Shown in pieces: positions 11,601 through 21,660 of a stretch of DNA of 64,000 nt. Origin of the DNA: Alphaproteobacteria bacterium. GTDB taxonomy: Bacteria; Pseudomonadota; Alphaproteobacteria; UBA828. Within the stretch, counting starts at the first letter, position 1, and each line of letters opens with the position of its first letter. The notes under the pieces were generated by a model, which did not search any database, was not told the origin of the DNA, and was given only the letters and a program-made list of their open reading frames with translations. Both the position numbers and the translations under genes were made by a program. Where the stretch lies: NCBI GenBank assembly GCA_965221125.1, contig CBDCRW010000005.1, positions 448,001-512,000 on the forward strand, in the 5' to 3' direction.

Positions 11601-11699
11601 CTGAAGGGTCGGGAGCTTGCCGCGTTCCAGCAGCAGGTGCAGAAGATCACGGTGCTGCTCGCCGAGGTGCCGGCCGTCACGCGCGTCGCCCAGCGCTGA
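8640..11699 (+). CDS. Peptidoglycan DD-metalloendopeptidase (M23/MepM-like) with five LysM/OapA-like modules
   Basis: N-terminal signal/TM segment; C-terminal 'HLGVDFAAP', 'YAHLS', 'GPHLHYEV'; five 'GDTL..IL...G...L..G' modules. Confidence 0.9.
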   Translation: MVQRPIRGSNRQPGRWIGRIAALALIALFAASLPAPVQTALAATAVEAETELETLRFGRGDSLSLLLSRAGVRAVDADRISKAIQKRTNLRRIGIGREVRLLFRADGEGRRIPVAVSVETGKDRYVEATRGAKGRYAAHRTGVPLTRPVPLSEVVLGQDGLKVKVRRNDTLGGILGRHGVDGPTVDAVARALRGSFDPRDLMPGHAVTIVAGRDAGGAPVLNAIALHLDDDKAVAVVRGESGRFAAQRTTSTALRTVALAPASKPTSGDTVTPPRKPEAKVAEAAPADADQPPAAVATAAPADADQPPAADEAYEGPEHPVEPALVELRRTLRTGSTLMDLLLGADVRRPEADALVQSLRRVFNPRRLPAGITVRVMKRPVPGFEPRIVWLDIELPKGRRILVERGEKGRFSSRITNQPPPQPPAQPRAVADAAAADPAVDDPAASAEPVAAEALPPSATRVTVRSGDTLMAILRRHGIDRVEADRAIQAARSLFNLRRLRIGQEVTLVTGTDETGADTLKAIALHIGDDRYVKVSRAADNHFEAEQVDRLAFVAAPLERNAAASTTPDVVKRPDRTAAADRGHVMSAAFVAAAAPFTAVLPGLEPQGAADPHNGAVNGVATSTVNGASIGTLDGIAGAALEPDDGLVRKTVVIGRGDTLSVALTRAGGTRAESEAAIVAFRKVHNPRRLRVGQTLSLAFDPADESNGAARLASLALDVAADRDVVVTRGDDGIFVPSVVDRPLERILRRTVGMIDSNLYDAAIAAGMPNQVLMEMVHIFSFDVDFQREIQHGDRFEVLYEAVFNKAGEFVENGPILYAHLEVGGRDVELFRFQPDEGPADYLDAKGASVRKALMRTPINGARLSSGYGMRRHPILGYNKKHLGVDFAAPTGTPIYAGGDGTITMIGRHGNYGKYIRIRHNGTYSTGYAHLSGYAKGMKKGKRVRQGQVIGYVGSTGMSTGPHLHYEVMQGNKRINPMTLKLPSGRKLKGRELAAFQQQVQKITVLLAEVPAVTRVAQR
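9488..9568 (+). repeat. Direct repeat (2 x 36 bp, 45-bp period) encoding AAPADADQPPAA in the M23 linker
   Basis: ggccgcccctgc(c/g)gacgccga(c/t)cagcctcccgccgc at 9488 and 9533. Confidence 0.85.
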
Positions 11700-11765
11700 C
11701 CGAATCCTACCGAAGACCGCCCGCCCTCCGCTTTCGCAAGGACTTCGCGCCGCTCCCGTAACCAC

Positions 11766-11912
11766 GGAGCGCGTCCGTCATTGACGGGCGCGCGACAGGC
11801 CGCGACCGCGGCCCGCCGCGTATGCGGCGCCCTCGCGGAGGCGCTGGCCGCAGGCCAGCTGCCGTGAGCGAAAAATGCGTAGAGCGTTTCCGTTCTACAC
11901 GGAAACGCCCTA
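11766..11912 (-). repeat. Multi-hairpin interspersed repeat, copy 2 (147 bp)
   Basis: Same layout as copy 1; includes the clpB TAG; lies between the convergent M23 and clpB genes. Confidence 0.92.
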
Positions 11913-14513
11913 CGCCGCGCTGGCGAGGGCGCCGGCGTCCTGCCCGTCGATGACAAGGCCGTCCGTGCCGGCCGAAATGCGCACCGTCTCGCCGTCGCCG
12001 AGCCGGCCGGCGATGATGAGCTGGGCCAGCGGGTTCTGCAGGCTGCGCTGGATGACGCGCTTGAGCGGCCGCGCGCCGTACGCCGGGTCGTAGCCCGCCT
12101 CGCCGAGCCAGGCGCGCGCGGCGTCGTCGAGTTCGAGCGTGATCTTGCGCTCGCTCAACCGCTCTGCCAGGCCCGCGATCTGAATGTCGACGATGGCGCC
12201 CATGTGCGCACGGTCCAGCCGGTGGAACAGGATCGTCTCGTCCAGCCGGTTGAGGAACTCCGGCCTGAAGCTTGCCCGCACCAGCTCCATGACGGGCTCG
12301 CGCACCGCGCTTGAGGGCTCGCCCTCGGGCTGCGCCGCCATGATCTCGCCGCCCAGGTTGGACGTCATGATGATCACGCTGTTGCGGAAATCGACCGTCC
12401 GCCCGTGCCCGTCGGTCAGCCGCCCGTCGTCGAGCACCTGCAGCAGCAGGTTGAAGACGTCGCCGTGCGCCTTCTCGATCTCGTCGAACAGGATCACCTG
12501 ATAGGGGCGGCGGCGCACCGCCTCGGTGAGCGTTCCGCCCTCCTCGTAGCCGACGTAGCCGGGCGGCGCACCGATCAGCCGGGCGACGGCGTGCTTTTCC
12601 GTGAACTCCGACATGTCGATGCGGATCATCGCCGCCTCGTCGTCGAAGAGGAACGCCGCCAGCGTCTTGGCAAGCTCGGTCTTGCCGACCCCCGTAGGCC
12701 CGAGGAAGAGGAACGAGCCCGTCGGGCGGTCCGCGTCCTGCAGGCCGGCGCGGGCGCGGCGAACGGCGTTACTCACGGCGACCACCGCCTCCTCCTGCCC
12801 CACCACGCGCTCGCGCAATGAGCGCTCCATGTGCAGCAGCTTCTCGCGCTCGCCCTCCAGCATCTTGTCCACCGGAATGCCGGTCCAGCGCGAGACGACG
12901 CCCGCGATGTGCGACGACCTCACCGCCTCGTCGAGCAGCGGCTCGTGGGCCGCGCTCTCGAGCGCGCCCAGCTCCCGCTCGAGGTCGGGAATGACCCCGT
13001 AGGCGAGCTCGCCCGCCCGCGCGAGGTCGCCGTTCCGCTGCGCGATCTCGAGCGCGCTCCGCGCGGAATCGAGCTTCTCCTTGATCCGCTGTCCGCCGGC
13101 GAGGCGCTCCTTCTCGGCACGCCAGACCGCCGTCTGGTCGGCCGAGCGCTTCTCCAGCGCCGCGAGCTCCTCGCCCAGCCCCTGCAGCCGGTCGCGCGAG
13201 CGCTCGTCGGTCTCCTTCCTCAGCGCCTCCCTCTCGATCTTGAGCTGGATGATGCGCCGGTCGAGCTCGTCGAGTTCTTCGGGCTTGGAATCGATCTCCA
13301 TCCTGAGCCTGCTCGCCGCCTCGTCGACCAGGTCGATCGCCTTGTCGGGCAGGAAGCGATCGGTGATGTAGCGGTTGGAGAGCGCTGCTGCCGAGACGAT
13401 CGCGTTGTCGGTGATGGCAACGCCGTGATGCACTTCGTACTTCTCCTTCAGCCCGCGCAGGATGGACACCGTGTCCTCGACCGTGGGCTCGGACACGTAG
13501 ACCGGCTGGAAGCGCCGCGCCAGCGCCGCGTCCTTCTCCACGTGTTTGCGGTACTCGTCGAGGGTCGTGGCGCCGACGCAGTGCAGCTCGCCCCGGGCAA
13601 GCGCCGGCTTCAGCAGGTTGGAGGCGTCCATCGCGCCCTCGGCCGCGCCGGCGCCGACGAGTGTGTGCAGCTCGTCGATGAACATGACGATCTCGCCCGC
13701 CGCCGCGTTGACCTCGGTCAGCACGGCCTTCAGGCGCTCCTCGAACTCGCCGCGGAACTTGGCGCCGGCCACCATGGCGCCGAGGTCGAGCGCCAGCAGC
13801 CGCTTGTCCCGCAGCGATTCCGGCACGTCGCCGTTGACGATGCGCTGGGCGAGGCCCTCGACGATCGCCGTCTTGCCGACGCCGGGCTCGCCGATGATGA
13901 CCGGGTTGTTCTTCGTCCGCCGCGAGAGCACCTGCATGATGCGGCGGATCTCCTCGTCCCGGCCGATCACCGGGTCCACGGTGCCGCCGCGCGCCGCCTC
14001 CGTCAGGTCGCGCGCATACTTCTTGAGCGCGCCGTAGCCGGATTCGGCGGAGGCGCTGTCCGCCGTCCGTCCCTTGCGCAGGTCGTTGATCGCGGCATTC
14101 AGCGTCTGCGGGCTGACGCCGGCATCGGCCAGGATGCGGGCGGCGGGCGTCCCCTTGGCGAGCGCCAGCGCCAGCAGCAGGCGCTCGGCGGTGACGTAGC
14201 TGTCGCCGGCCTTCTTCGCTATGTCCCCGGCGGAATCGAACAGCCTCGCCGTCTCGGGCGCGAGGTAGATCTGGCCCGCGCCGTCTCCCTCCACCCTCGG
14301 CAGCGCGTCGAGCGCGGCTTCGGTCTTCTCCAGCGCGTCCTCCGGCCGCCCGCCGGCAGCGCGGATGAGATTGGCGGCGAGGCCGTCTGCGTCGTCGAGC
14401 AGGACCTTGAGCAGGTGTTCCGGCGCGAAGCGCTGGTGGCCGCGCCCGAGCGCGAGCCCTTGCGCTGCCTGCACGAGGCCGCGCGAGCGCTCGGTAAACT
14501 TGTCGAAGTCCAT
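11910..14513 (-). CDS. clpB: ATP-dependent chaperone ClpB
   Basis: '[12 protein letters not shown]', 'GEPGVGKT', coiled-coil M domain, 'GPTGVGKTE', '[13 protein letters not shown]', 'YGARPLKR'. Confidence 0.97.
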   Translation of the reverse strand: MDFDKFTERSRGLVQAAQGLALGRGHQRFAPEHLLKVLLDDADGLAANLIRAAGGRPEDALEKTEAALDALPRVEGDGAGQIYLAPETARLFDSAGDIAKKAGDSYVTAERLLLALALAKGTPAARILADAGVSPQTLNAAINDLRKGRTADSASAESGYGALKKYARDLTEAARGGTVDPVIGRDEEIRRIMQVLSRRTKNNPVIIGEPGVGKTAIVEGLAQRIVNGDVPESLRDKRLLALDLGAMVAGAKFRGEFEERLKAVLTEVNAAAGEIVMFIDELHTLVGAGAAEGAMDASNLLKPALARGELHCVGATTLDEYRKHVEKDAALARRFQPVYVSEPTVEDTVSILRGLKEKYEVHHGVAITDNAIVSAAALSNRYITDRFLPDKAIDLVDEAASRLRMEIDSKPEELDELDRRIIQLKIEREALRKETDERSRDRLQGLGEELAALEKRSADQTAVWRAEKERLAGGQRIKEKLDSARSALEIAQRNGDLARAGELAYGVIPDLERELGALESAAHEPLLDEAVRSSHIAGVVSRWTGIPVDKMLEGEREKLLHMERSLRERVVGQEEAVVAVSNAVRRARAGLQDADRPTGSFLFLGPTGVGKTELAKTLAAFLFDDEAAMIRIDMSEFTEKHAVARLIGAPPGYVGYEEGGTLTEAVRRRPYQVILFDEIEKAHGDVFNLLLQVLDDGRLTDGHGRTVDFRNSVIIMTSNLGGEIMAAQPEGEPSSAVREPVMELVRASFRPEFLNRLDETILFHRLDRAHMGAIVDIQIAGLAERLSERKITLELDDAARAWLGEAGYDPAYGARPLKRVIQRSLQNPLAQLIIAGRLGDGETVRISAGTDGLVIDGQDAGALASAA

Positions 14514-14620
14514 GTGCCCTCCCTCGCTGGCCATCCGCCGCCGAGAGCCGAACGCGGTCGCGCTCTCATGGCCTCAAGCGAGGCCCGCTTGCGGATGCCG
14601 GGTCTGCGAGCAACCGCACC

Positions 14621-14650
14621 CTATATGGGGTCGTGCGGCAGCCCGGCAAG
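14621..14650 (-). promoter_or_regulatory. Putative RpoH (sigma32) heat-shock promoter of clpB
   Basis: Minus strand reads CTTG-N17-CCCATATAG about 110 bp upstream of the clpB ATG, matching the alphaproteobacterial RpoH consensus. Confidence 0.7.
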
Positions 14651-14713
14651 GGCGCGGCGCCCGCAAGCGCCGCTCGGAGGACTGGGATAAGGCCGCGTCG
14701 GCGACACCCCCTC

Positions 14714-15148
14714 TCAGGAGGGCTGGGGCGCGCGCTGCTCTGCCGGCGCCGGCGCGTCTTCGCTCGCCACCGCCTGGGGCTTGGGCTCGGCGGCCGCGGC
14801 TTGCGGCTGCTCTCCGCCCGGCTGCTGCTCGGGCTCGACCCGCGGTTGCGATTGCTGCTGCTGGGGCTGTTGATTCTGCGGGCGCTGGCCCCGCTGATCC
14901 CAGCCGTTGGCGGCAACCACGCGGTAATAATGCTCGGCGTGCTGGAAGAAGTTTTCGGCGCCGATACGGTCTCCCGCCGACAGCGCGTCCTGCGCTAGGG
15001 CCTGGTATTTCTCGATCACCTGGAAGGCGGTTCCGCGGATCTTTCCCTCCGGCCCATTGCTCTCGAAGGTCGAGCCGCGCCCGTGAAAACCGGGGCGCCG
15101 TCCGTTGCCTCTATACCCGCGTGGGCGTTTGTTGTTTGGACCCTTCAT
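14714..15148 (-). CDS. DUF4167 domain-containing protein
   Basis: 'FESNGPEGKIRGTAFQVIEKYQALAQDALSAGDRIGAENFFQHAEHYYR'; usual position between prmC and clpB. Confidence 0.9.
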   Translation of the reverse strand: MKGPNNKRPRGYRGNGRRPGFHGRGSTFESNGPEGKIRGTAFQVIEKYQALAQDALSAGDRIGAENFFQHAEHYYRVVAANGWDQRGQRPQNQQPQQQQSQPRVEPEQQPGGEQPQAAAAEPKPQAVASEDAPAPAEQRAPQPS

Positions 15149-15364
15149 ACCGCGCACCTTCCGACCTAACTTGCGTCCACGCGCCGCGTTCCGACTGCGT
15201 TGCGTCCGGAAACGCCTGCCAGCTTCTATCGCTGAGGAACTCTGCGAGACCGTCTAACCGGTCAAGTATCGCGAGTCCCGCCGACCCTAACCATGATCGC
15301 GGAGTTTGCAACCTCTTTTTTGCATACCGGCATGTTTCGGCAGCAGAAAAACATGCCTCTCGAA

Positions 15365-16236
15365 TCATAACGCGGCACAGGCTGCGCGGGCGAACAATGC
15401 GCAGCGATCGATGTCCGCTAGATCGCGGCGACGCTCGATCTCCGCGAGTCCCTCCGCAGCAAACAATGAAGCGACTTCATCCGCCATCCCGGCGCCGACT
15501 TCGATTGCAGCCAGCCCCGCCGGCGCCAGCAGGCGCGCAACTTGCGGCGCGAGCCGACGGTAGCACGCGTATCCGTCCGCCCCGCCGGCAAGCGCCGTCT
15601 GCGGCTCGTGAGAGACGATCTCAGGCGCTAGCGATGCCAGCGCCTCGGCCGCCACGTAGGGCGGATTACTGACCACGACGTCGAAGCGCGCGGCGAGCGG
15701 CGCGCCCCAGTCGGCGACGATGAACGAGGCACGCCCGTCGAGGCCGTGGCGGGCCGCGTTGGCCCGCGCCAGGGAGACGGCGGCGGCGCTGATATCGATG
15801 CCGAGCCCGGTCGCACTGTGAAGCTCGCTCAGGAGGGCGACCAGCAGGCAGCCCGAGCCGGTGCCGAGATCCAGCAGGCGCGGGCGGGGCGGGAGGTGCG
15901 CCGCCCGTGCCAGCACCGCCTCGACCACGGTCTCGGTCTCGGGCCGCGGCACCAGCGCAGAGCGGTCGACGGCGAACGCGAGGCTCCAGAATTCGCGAAC
16001 GCCCGTGACGTAGGCGAGCGGCTCGCGCCCGGCCCGGCGGCGGACGAGCGCCGCGAGCCGCCTAGCCTCGGCGTCGTCGAGCGGGCGGTCGTCGCCGGCG
16101 AGAAGGGCCTCGGGCCGGAGCCCGAGCGCATGCTGCATCAGCAGGCGTGCCTCGCGCCGGGGCGCGTCGATGCCGGCCGCGCGCAGCGTCGCCGCCGCAG
16201 AACCGAGCGCCGCGGCCACGCGCGCAGCGCCACCGC

Positions 16237-16240
<4 letters not shown>
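15365..16240 (-). CDS. prmC: Release factor glutamine methyltransferase
   Basis: '[13 protein letters not shown]', 'VPRPETE', 'LDLGTGSG', 'VSNPPY'; follows prfA. Confidence 0.95.
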
Positions 16241-17318
<1,078 letters not shown>

Positions 17319-17322
<4 letters not shown>

Positions 17323-18581
17323 CGAGGGGGCGCGTAGCGGGCGAGGTGTTCGCTGAGCGCGTCCTCCGCCGTCTCGACCTGTTCGCCGCTGTCGAGATCG
17401 CGGACCGTCGCCGTCCCGCGCTCCATTTCGTCATCGCCCAGGATGATCGCCGCCGCCGCGCCCGCCTGGTTGGCCCGCTTCATGCGCTTGGACAACGTGC
17501 CGCGATAGGTGAGGTCCACCGTGAAGCCCTCGTGCCGCAACCGCTGCGCAAGCCCGAGCGCCGCGGCCTCCGCCCGCGCGCCAAGCGGCACGATGGCGAT
17601 GGGGCGAGGCGCAGCCTCCACCGCGCCCCCTTCGGCCACCAGCGCGGCCAGGCGCTCGATCCCGCCAGCCCAGCCGACACCGGGTGTCGCCGGCCCGCCC
17701 ATGGTCTCGATCAGGCCGTCGTAGCGGCCACCGGCCAGCACGGCGCCCTGGGCGCCAAGCGCCTCGGTCGTGAACTCGAATGCCGTGTGGCAGTAGTAAT
17801 CGAGGCCGCGCACGAGGCGCGCGTTGCGGGTGAAGGCGACGCCGATCCCGGCCAGCCCGTCGCACACCGCATCGAAGAAGGCCGCGGCATCCGGGCTCAG
17901 GTGGGCATCGATCACGGGCGCGTCGGCCAGCACCGCGCGGTCGCCCTCGTCCTTGGAATCGAGAACGCGCAGAGGATTGCGCCGGAGCCGCTCCCTGCTC
18001 TCCTCCGAGAGCGCATCCTCGTTGGCCTCGAGGTGGGCGACGAGCGCAGAGCGGTAGGCGCGCCGGCTCGCCTCGTCGGCCAGCGTGTTGATCTCGAGCG
18101 TGACCCGGTCGAGCACGCCGAGCGCATCCAGCAGGTGCGCGCCGAGCGCGATCACCTCGATGTCCGCCAGCGGCTCAGGAGCGCCGATCAGCTCGACGCC
18201 GATCTGGTGGAACTGGCGGAGTCTGCCCTTCTGCGGCCGCTCGTAGCGGAACATCGGCCCTGCGTAGAAGCACTTGAAGGGCCGGCGCTCGCCCAGGGTG
18301 CCGCCGATCACCGCGCGCGCCACGCCCGCCGTGTTCTCCGGCCGGAGCGTGAGCTCCGAGCCGCCGCGGTCGGCAAAGGTGTACATCTCCTTGGTCACGA
18401 TGTCCGAGGTGTCGCCCAGCGTGCGACGGAACACGTCGCTGAACTCGAAGATCGGCGTCGCTACCTCGGCGAAGCCGTAGCGGGCGGCGAGCGTGCGCGC
18501 GTGCTCGACCACGTGACGGTGGCGGCGCATTTCGTCTGCCGCGAGGTCGTGCGTTCCACGAACCGGCTGGATCTTGCGCAC
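17319..18581 (-). CDS. hisS: Histidine--tRNA ligase
   Basis: 'VRGTHD', 'LRPENTAG', '[16 protein letters not shown]', 'LVRGLDYY', 'GGRYDGL'; GTG start at 18581 assumed (ATG at 18611 possible). Confidence 0.96.
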
Positions 18582-18686
18582 TGTTCGGGTTCCCGAGCGG
18601 TGCCGGCCCATGTGCCGGCGTGACGGCGGCGGGTTTAGTGACTCAATTCGGCGGCCCCCGCAAGCGGCGGCGGACGCCGCGCGCGC

Positions 18687-20294
18687 CTACCCGCTGGTGG
18701 CGGTCCCGGCCAGGAGGCGATCGGGGTCGAGCGCGATATTCCGCAAGACCACGCCGAGCGGCCCGAGGGTGGGCGCGATCGCGTCATCGACCGTGACTTC
18801 GAGCCCGCCGGCATTGCCGGTCACCATGAGGAGACCGGGCCGGTCGGGCACCCGGTAGGAATCGCCCGCGTGCAGGATCCGGGTCAGCAGCAGCTCGTTG
18901 TCCGGGCCCATGATCTGAACCCAGCTGTCGTCGACCGCGGTGATGACCACGCGGGCATCCAGATTGGTCCGCCCGTAGACCTTGGGAACATAGTCGGCTT
19001 CCACCGCCGGCAGGGTCGGCTCTTCCGTCGCGGCCGATGACGACGCGCCGGCGGGCACGGACGCGACCTCTTCCACGACGGCGGTATCGGTGGTTGCGGT
19101 CTCGGTGACGGCGGCGGGGTCCGTGGACCCGCCAGGCTCGGAAACGGCGGCTGCGGCCGTCTCCTCGGCGCTGCTCGTGCTGCCGGTCGAACTGCTCGCT
19201 CCCCCGACCTCCGCAACCGCAAAATCGAGCGGCGATGCGATCTCCGGGCTCGCATCCGAAATTTCCACTTCTGCGACTTGCGGCTCGCTCGGCGGGGCCT
19301 CCACGGCCACATCGGCCGGCTGTGCGGTCTCGGCCGGCGCGTCGGCAATATCGGTCGCGGCCTCGACACTGGCGGGCGGCGCATCGAGCGCGGCGACGTC
19401 CGTCGCCCCCTCCGGCCCCGCCTCATCCCACACCTCGGCCGCCGGTATGAGGCCTTCCTCCGCGTCGTCGGTCGGGGCGGAGGCCACGTCCGCGGTGACC
19501 GCCGGTGCCGGTTCTTCCTGCCGCGGCGCCGCCGGCGCTGGGGCGGTCTCCGCCTGATCCTGCGCCCCGGACGCAAGCTCCGGCTCCACCGGGCCCGGCA
19601 CGTCCGCCACGATTGGCGCGGTGGCCGTCTCCGCCACGGTCTCCTCCGCGGGAGCAGCGGCGGTCTCTTCGGTCGCCACGACCGCGCCCTGCGTGGCGCT
19701 TGTAGCGGCAGCCGCCTCAGGCGCTGCGCCTTCGCCCGCAGCACCCCCCACTGCCACGTCCGTCTCGCCCAGGCCGACCGCCTCGGTCAGCCGGGTGGAG
19801 ACATCGTCGACCAGGTCCGTCGCGATCTGGCCGCCGGTCGACTGGTACTGCCAGCCGCCGTAGGCGAGGCCCGTAAGCACGAGGACGAGGAGGATCAGCC
19901 AGAACTTCGGCTTGGGGCTTGAATCGCTCGGCGACGGGAAGGCAAGACGATGTTCCTTCGTGTCGAGGCCCTGCTCGCGCTTGAAGGCCTCGACCATCTC
20001 GTCCGGGTCGAGCCCGAGAAAGCCCGCGTAGCTCCGCAGGAAGCCGATCGTGTAGGTGGTGCCGGGAATCCGGTCGAAGCGCCCCAGCTCCAGCGCCTCG
20101 AGGTAGTGCTCCTGAATGCGCAGCACGTGGGCGGCGTCGGCCACGCTGTAGCCGCCCCGCTGCCTCGCTTCGCGTAACTCGTCGCAGAAGCTCGGGACGG
20201 CGCGCTGGTCGCCGCCGCCCGTCTCGTGAACGAGCCGCGGCCCTGCCAGATCAGGCTCGGCTGCCTCTAGCGGCATCCGTAGAGGTTCCTTCAT
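18687..20294 (-). CDS. rodZ: RodZ-like cytoskeletal protein (HTH, TM, long acidic linker, DUF4115)
   Basis: N-terminal 'LRIQEHYLEALE.G......GFLRSYA.FLGLD', one TM helix, C-terminal 'DSWVQI...L.AGDSYRVP...TGNAGGL'; start uncertain. Confidence 0.85.
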   Translation of the reverse strand: MKEPLRMPLEAAEPDLAGPRLVHETGGGDQRAVPSFCDELREARQRGGYSVADAAHVLRIQEHYLEALELGRFDRIPGTTYTIGFLRSYAGFLGLDPDEMVEAFKREQGLDTKEHRLAFPSPSDSSPKPKFWLILLVLVLTGLAYGGWQYQSTGGQIATDLVDDVSTRLTEAVGLGETDVAVGGAAGEGAAPEAAAATSATQGAVVATEETAAAPAEETVAETATAPIVADVPGPVEPELASGAQDQAETAPAPAAPRQEEPAPAVTADVASAPTDDAEEGLIPAAEVWDEAGPEGATDVAALDAPPASVEAATDIADAPAETAQPADVAVEAPPSEPQVAEVEISDASPEIASPLDFAVAEVGGASSSTGSTSSAEETAAAAVSEPGGSTDPAAVTETATTDTAVVEEVASVPAGASSSAATEEPTLPAVEADYVPKVYGRTNLDARVVITAVDDSWVQIMGPDNELLLTRILHAGDSYRVPDRPGLLMVTGNAGGLEVTVDDAIAPTLGPLGVVLRNIALDPDRLLAGTATSG

Positions 20295-20547
20295 GACTCG
20301 CGTCCTGCAACCGCGAGCCCGCACGCCACCCTCCCTGCCGGCGTTGCGCGCTCAGGCACCCAATTGCGATCCTCAGACTCGCTCCACTGTGTACACGTGC
20401 CGCCTCCTCACTTCGCCAGTTATGAGACCGGCGTTTCAAAGACCGCGACCCGATCAGCCGTCCCCCGATGCTAACAGTTAGGAACAGTTACTTTATCATC
20501 GGCTGCCAGCGCACGCAAACGTTCACTTATGAAGACTGTGACTGTCG

Positions 20548-21639
20548 TCAAACGCCGGCAGGCAGAGGGCGATTCGTCGAGGAACCCGGACCGTCAATGT
20601 TTGCGGAACCCCGTTCGGCACTGGCCGCGAGCGCGGTCACGGCCTGATCGATGAGGTCGGCAATGATCTCGCCCGTCGGCTGCTCCGCCCTCACCATACC
20701 GACGCTCTGACCCGCCATCAGGGAGCCGTTCTCGATATCGCCCTCGATGGCGGCACGCCTGAGCGCGCCGGCCCAGAAGTGCTCTATGGCGAGGCGCGCG
20801 TCCGCCAGCTCGACCTCTCCCTGGCGATAGCGCGCGATGGTCTCCCGCTGAAACGCCTCGAAGCGCTCGGACGCCCTGTTGGCCACGGCGCGCACCGGGA
20901 TGACGGGAAAATCGGGGTCGATCTGCACCGAGAGCCGCGCATCGCGCGCATTCGCCCGGATCATCGCCTGCTTGAACTTCGGATGGGCGATCGATTCCGT
21001 CGCGCAGACGAAGCGCGTTCCCAGCTGGCAGCCGGCGGCCCCCATGGCCAGGTAGAGGGCCATCGCGTCGCCCCGCCCGATCCCGCCGCCGACGAAGACC
21101 GGCACCTCGTCGAAATGAGGCAGCACCTCCTGGGCGAGTACGTTGGTGGACACGGGCCCGATGTGCCCGCCCGCCTCCATGCCCTCGATGATGAGCGCGT
21201 CGATGCCCTGCTTCGCGAGCCTGCGGGCGAGCGGCAGCGTCGGCGCGAAGGCGACGACGCGGGTGCCGGCCTCCTTCAGGGTCTCGACCGTGCGCTTGGG
21301 CGGCATCCCGCCGGCCAGCACCACGTGGCCGACGCGGCGCTCGACGCAGGTCGCAACGAGGGCATCCAGCTCCGGGTGCATGACGATGATGTTGACGCCA
21401 AAGGGCTTGTCGCAACGCTCGTAGACGCCGTCGATCTCTGCCGCGAGCTGGTCGGGCGCGAGCGAGCCGCAGGCGACGACGCCGAAGCCGCCTGCGTTGG
21501 AGATGGCGGCCACCAGGTTCCGCTCGGAAACCCACGACATGGCGCCGCCCATGATCGCGTAGCGCGTGCCGAGGAAGGCCCGCCCCCGCGCCCAGTAGGC
21601 ATCGAGCCGGCGCCGCGCGCTTTCATGCGCCTCAGTCAT
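20548..21639 (-). CDS. NAD(P)H-dependent flavin oxidoreductase (nitronate monooxygenase/FabK family)
   Basis: 'GGAMSWVS', 'AISNAGGFG', 'PFGVN', 'EGMEAGGHIG', 'GCQLGTRF', 'MAGQSVG'. Confidence 0.9.
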   Translation of the reverse strand: MTEAHESARRRLDAYWARGRAFLGTRYAIMGGAMSWVSERNLVAAISNAGGFGVVACGSLAPDQLAAEIDGVYERCDKPFGVNIIVMHPELDALVATCVERRVGHVVLAGGMPPKRTVETLKEAGTRVVAFAPTLPLARRLAKQGIDALIIEGMEAGGHIGPVSTNVLAQEVLPHFDEVPVFVGGGIGRGDAMALYLAMGAAGCQLGTRFVCATESIAHPKFKQAMIRANARDARLSVQIDPDFPVIPVRAVANRASERFEAFQRETIARYRQGEVELADARLAIEHFWAGALRRAAIEGDIENGSLMAGQSVGMVRAEQPTGEIIADLIDQAVTALAASAERGSANIDGPGSSTNRPLPAGV

Positions 21640-21660
21640 TTGCCGGGCCCGCAACGGGGC

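Noticed and set aside
20471-20492. CtrA box upstream of rodZ
   Set aside because: Half-sites repeat at 10 bp, not the 11 bp of TTAA-N7-TTAA, and neither is TTAA
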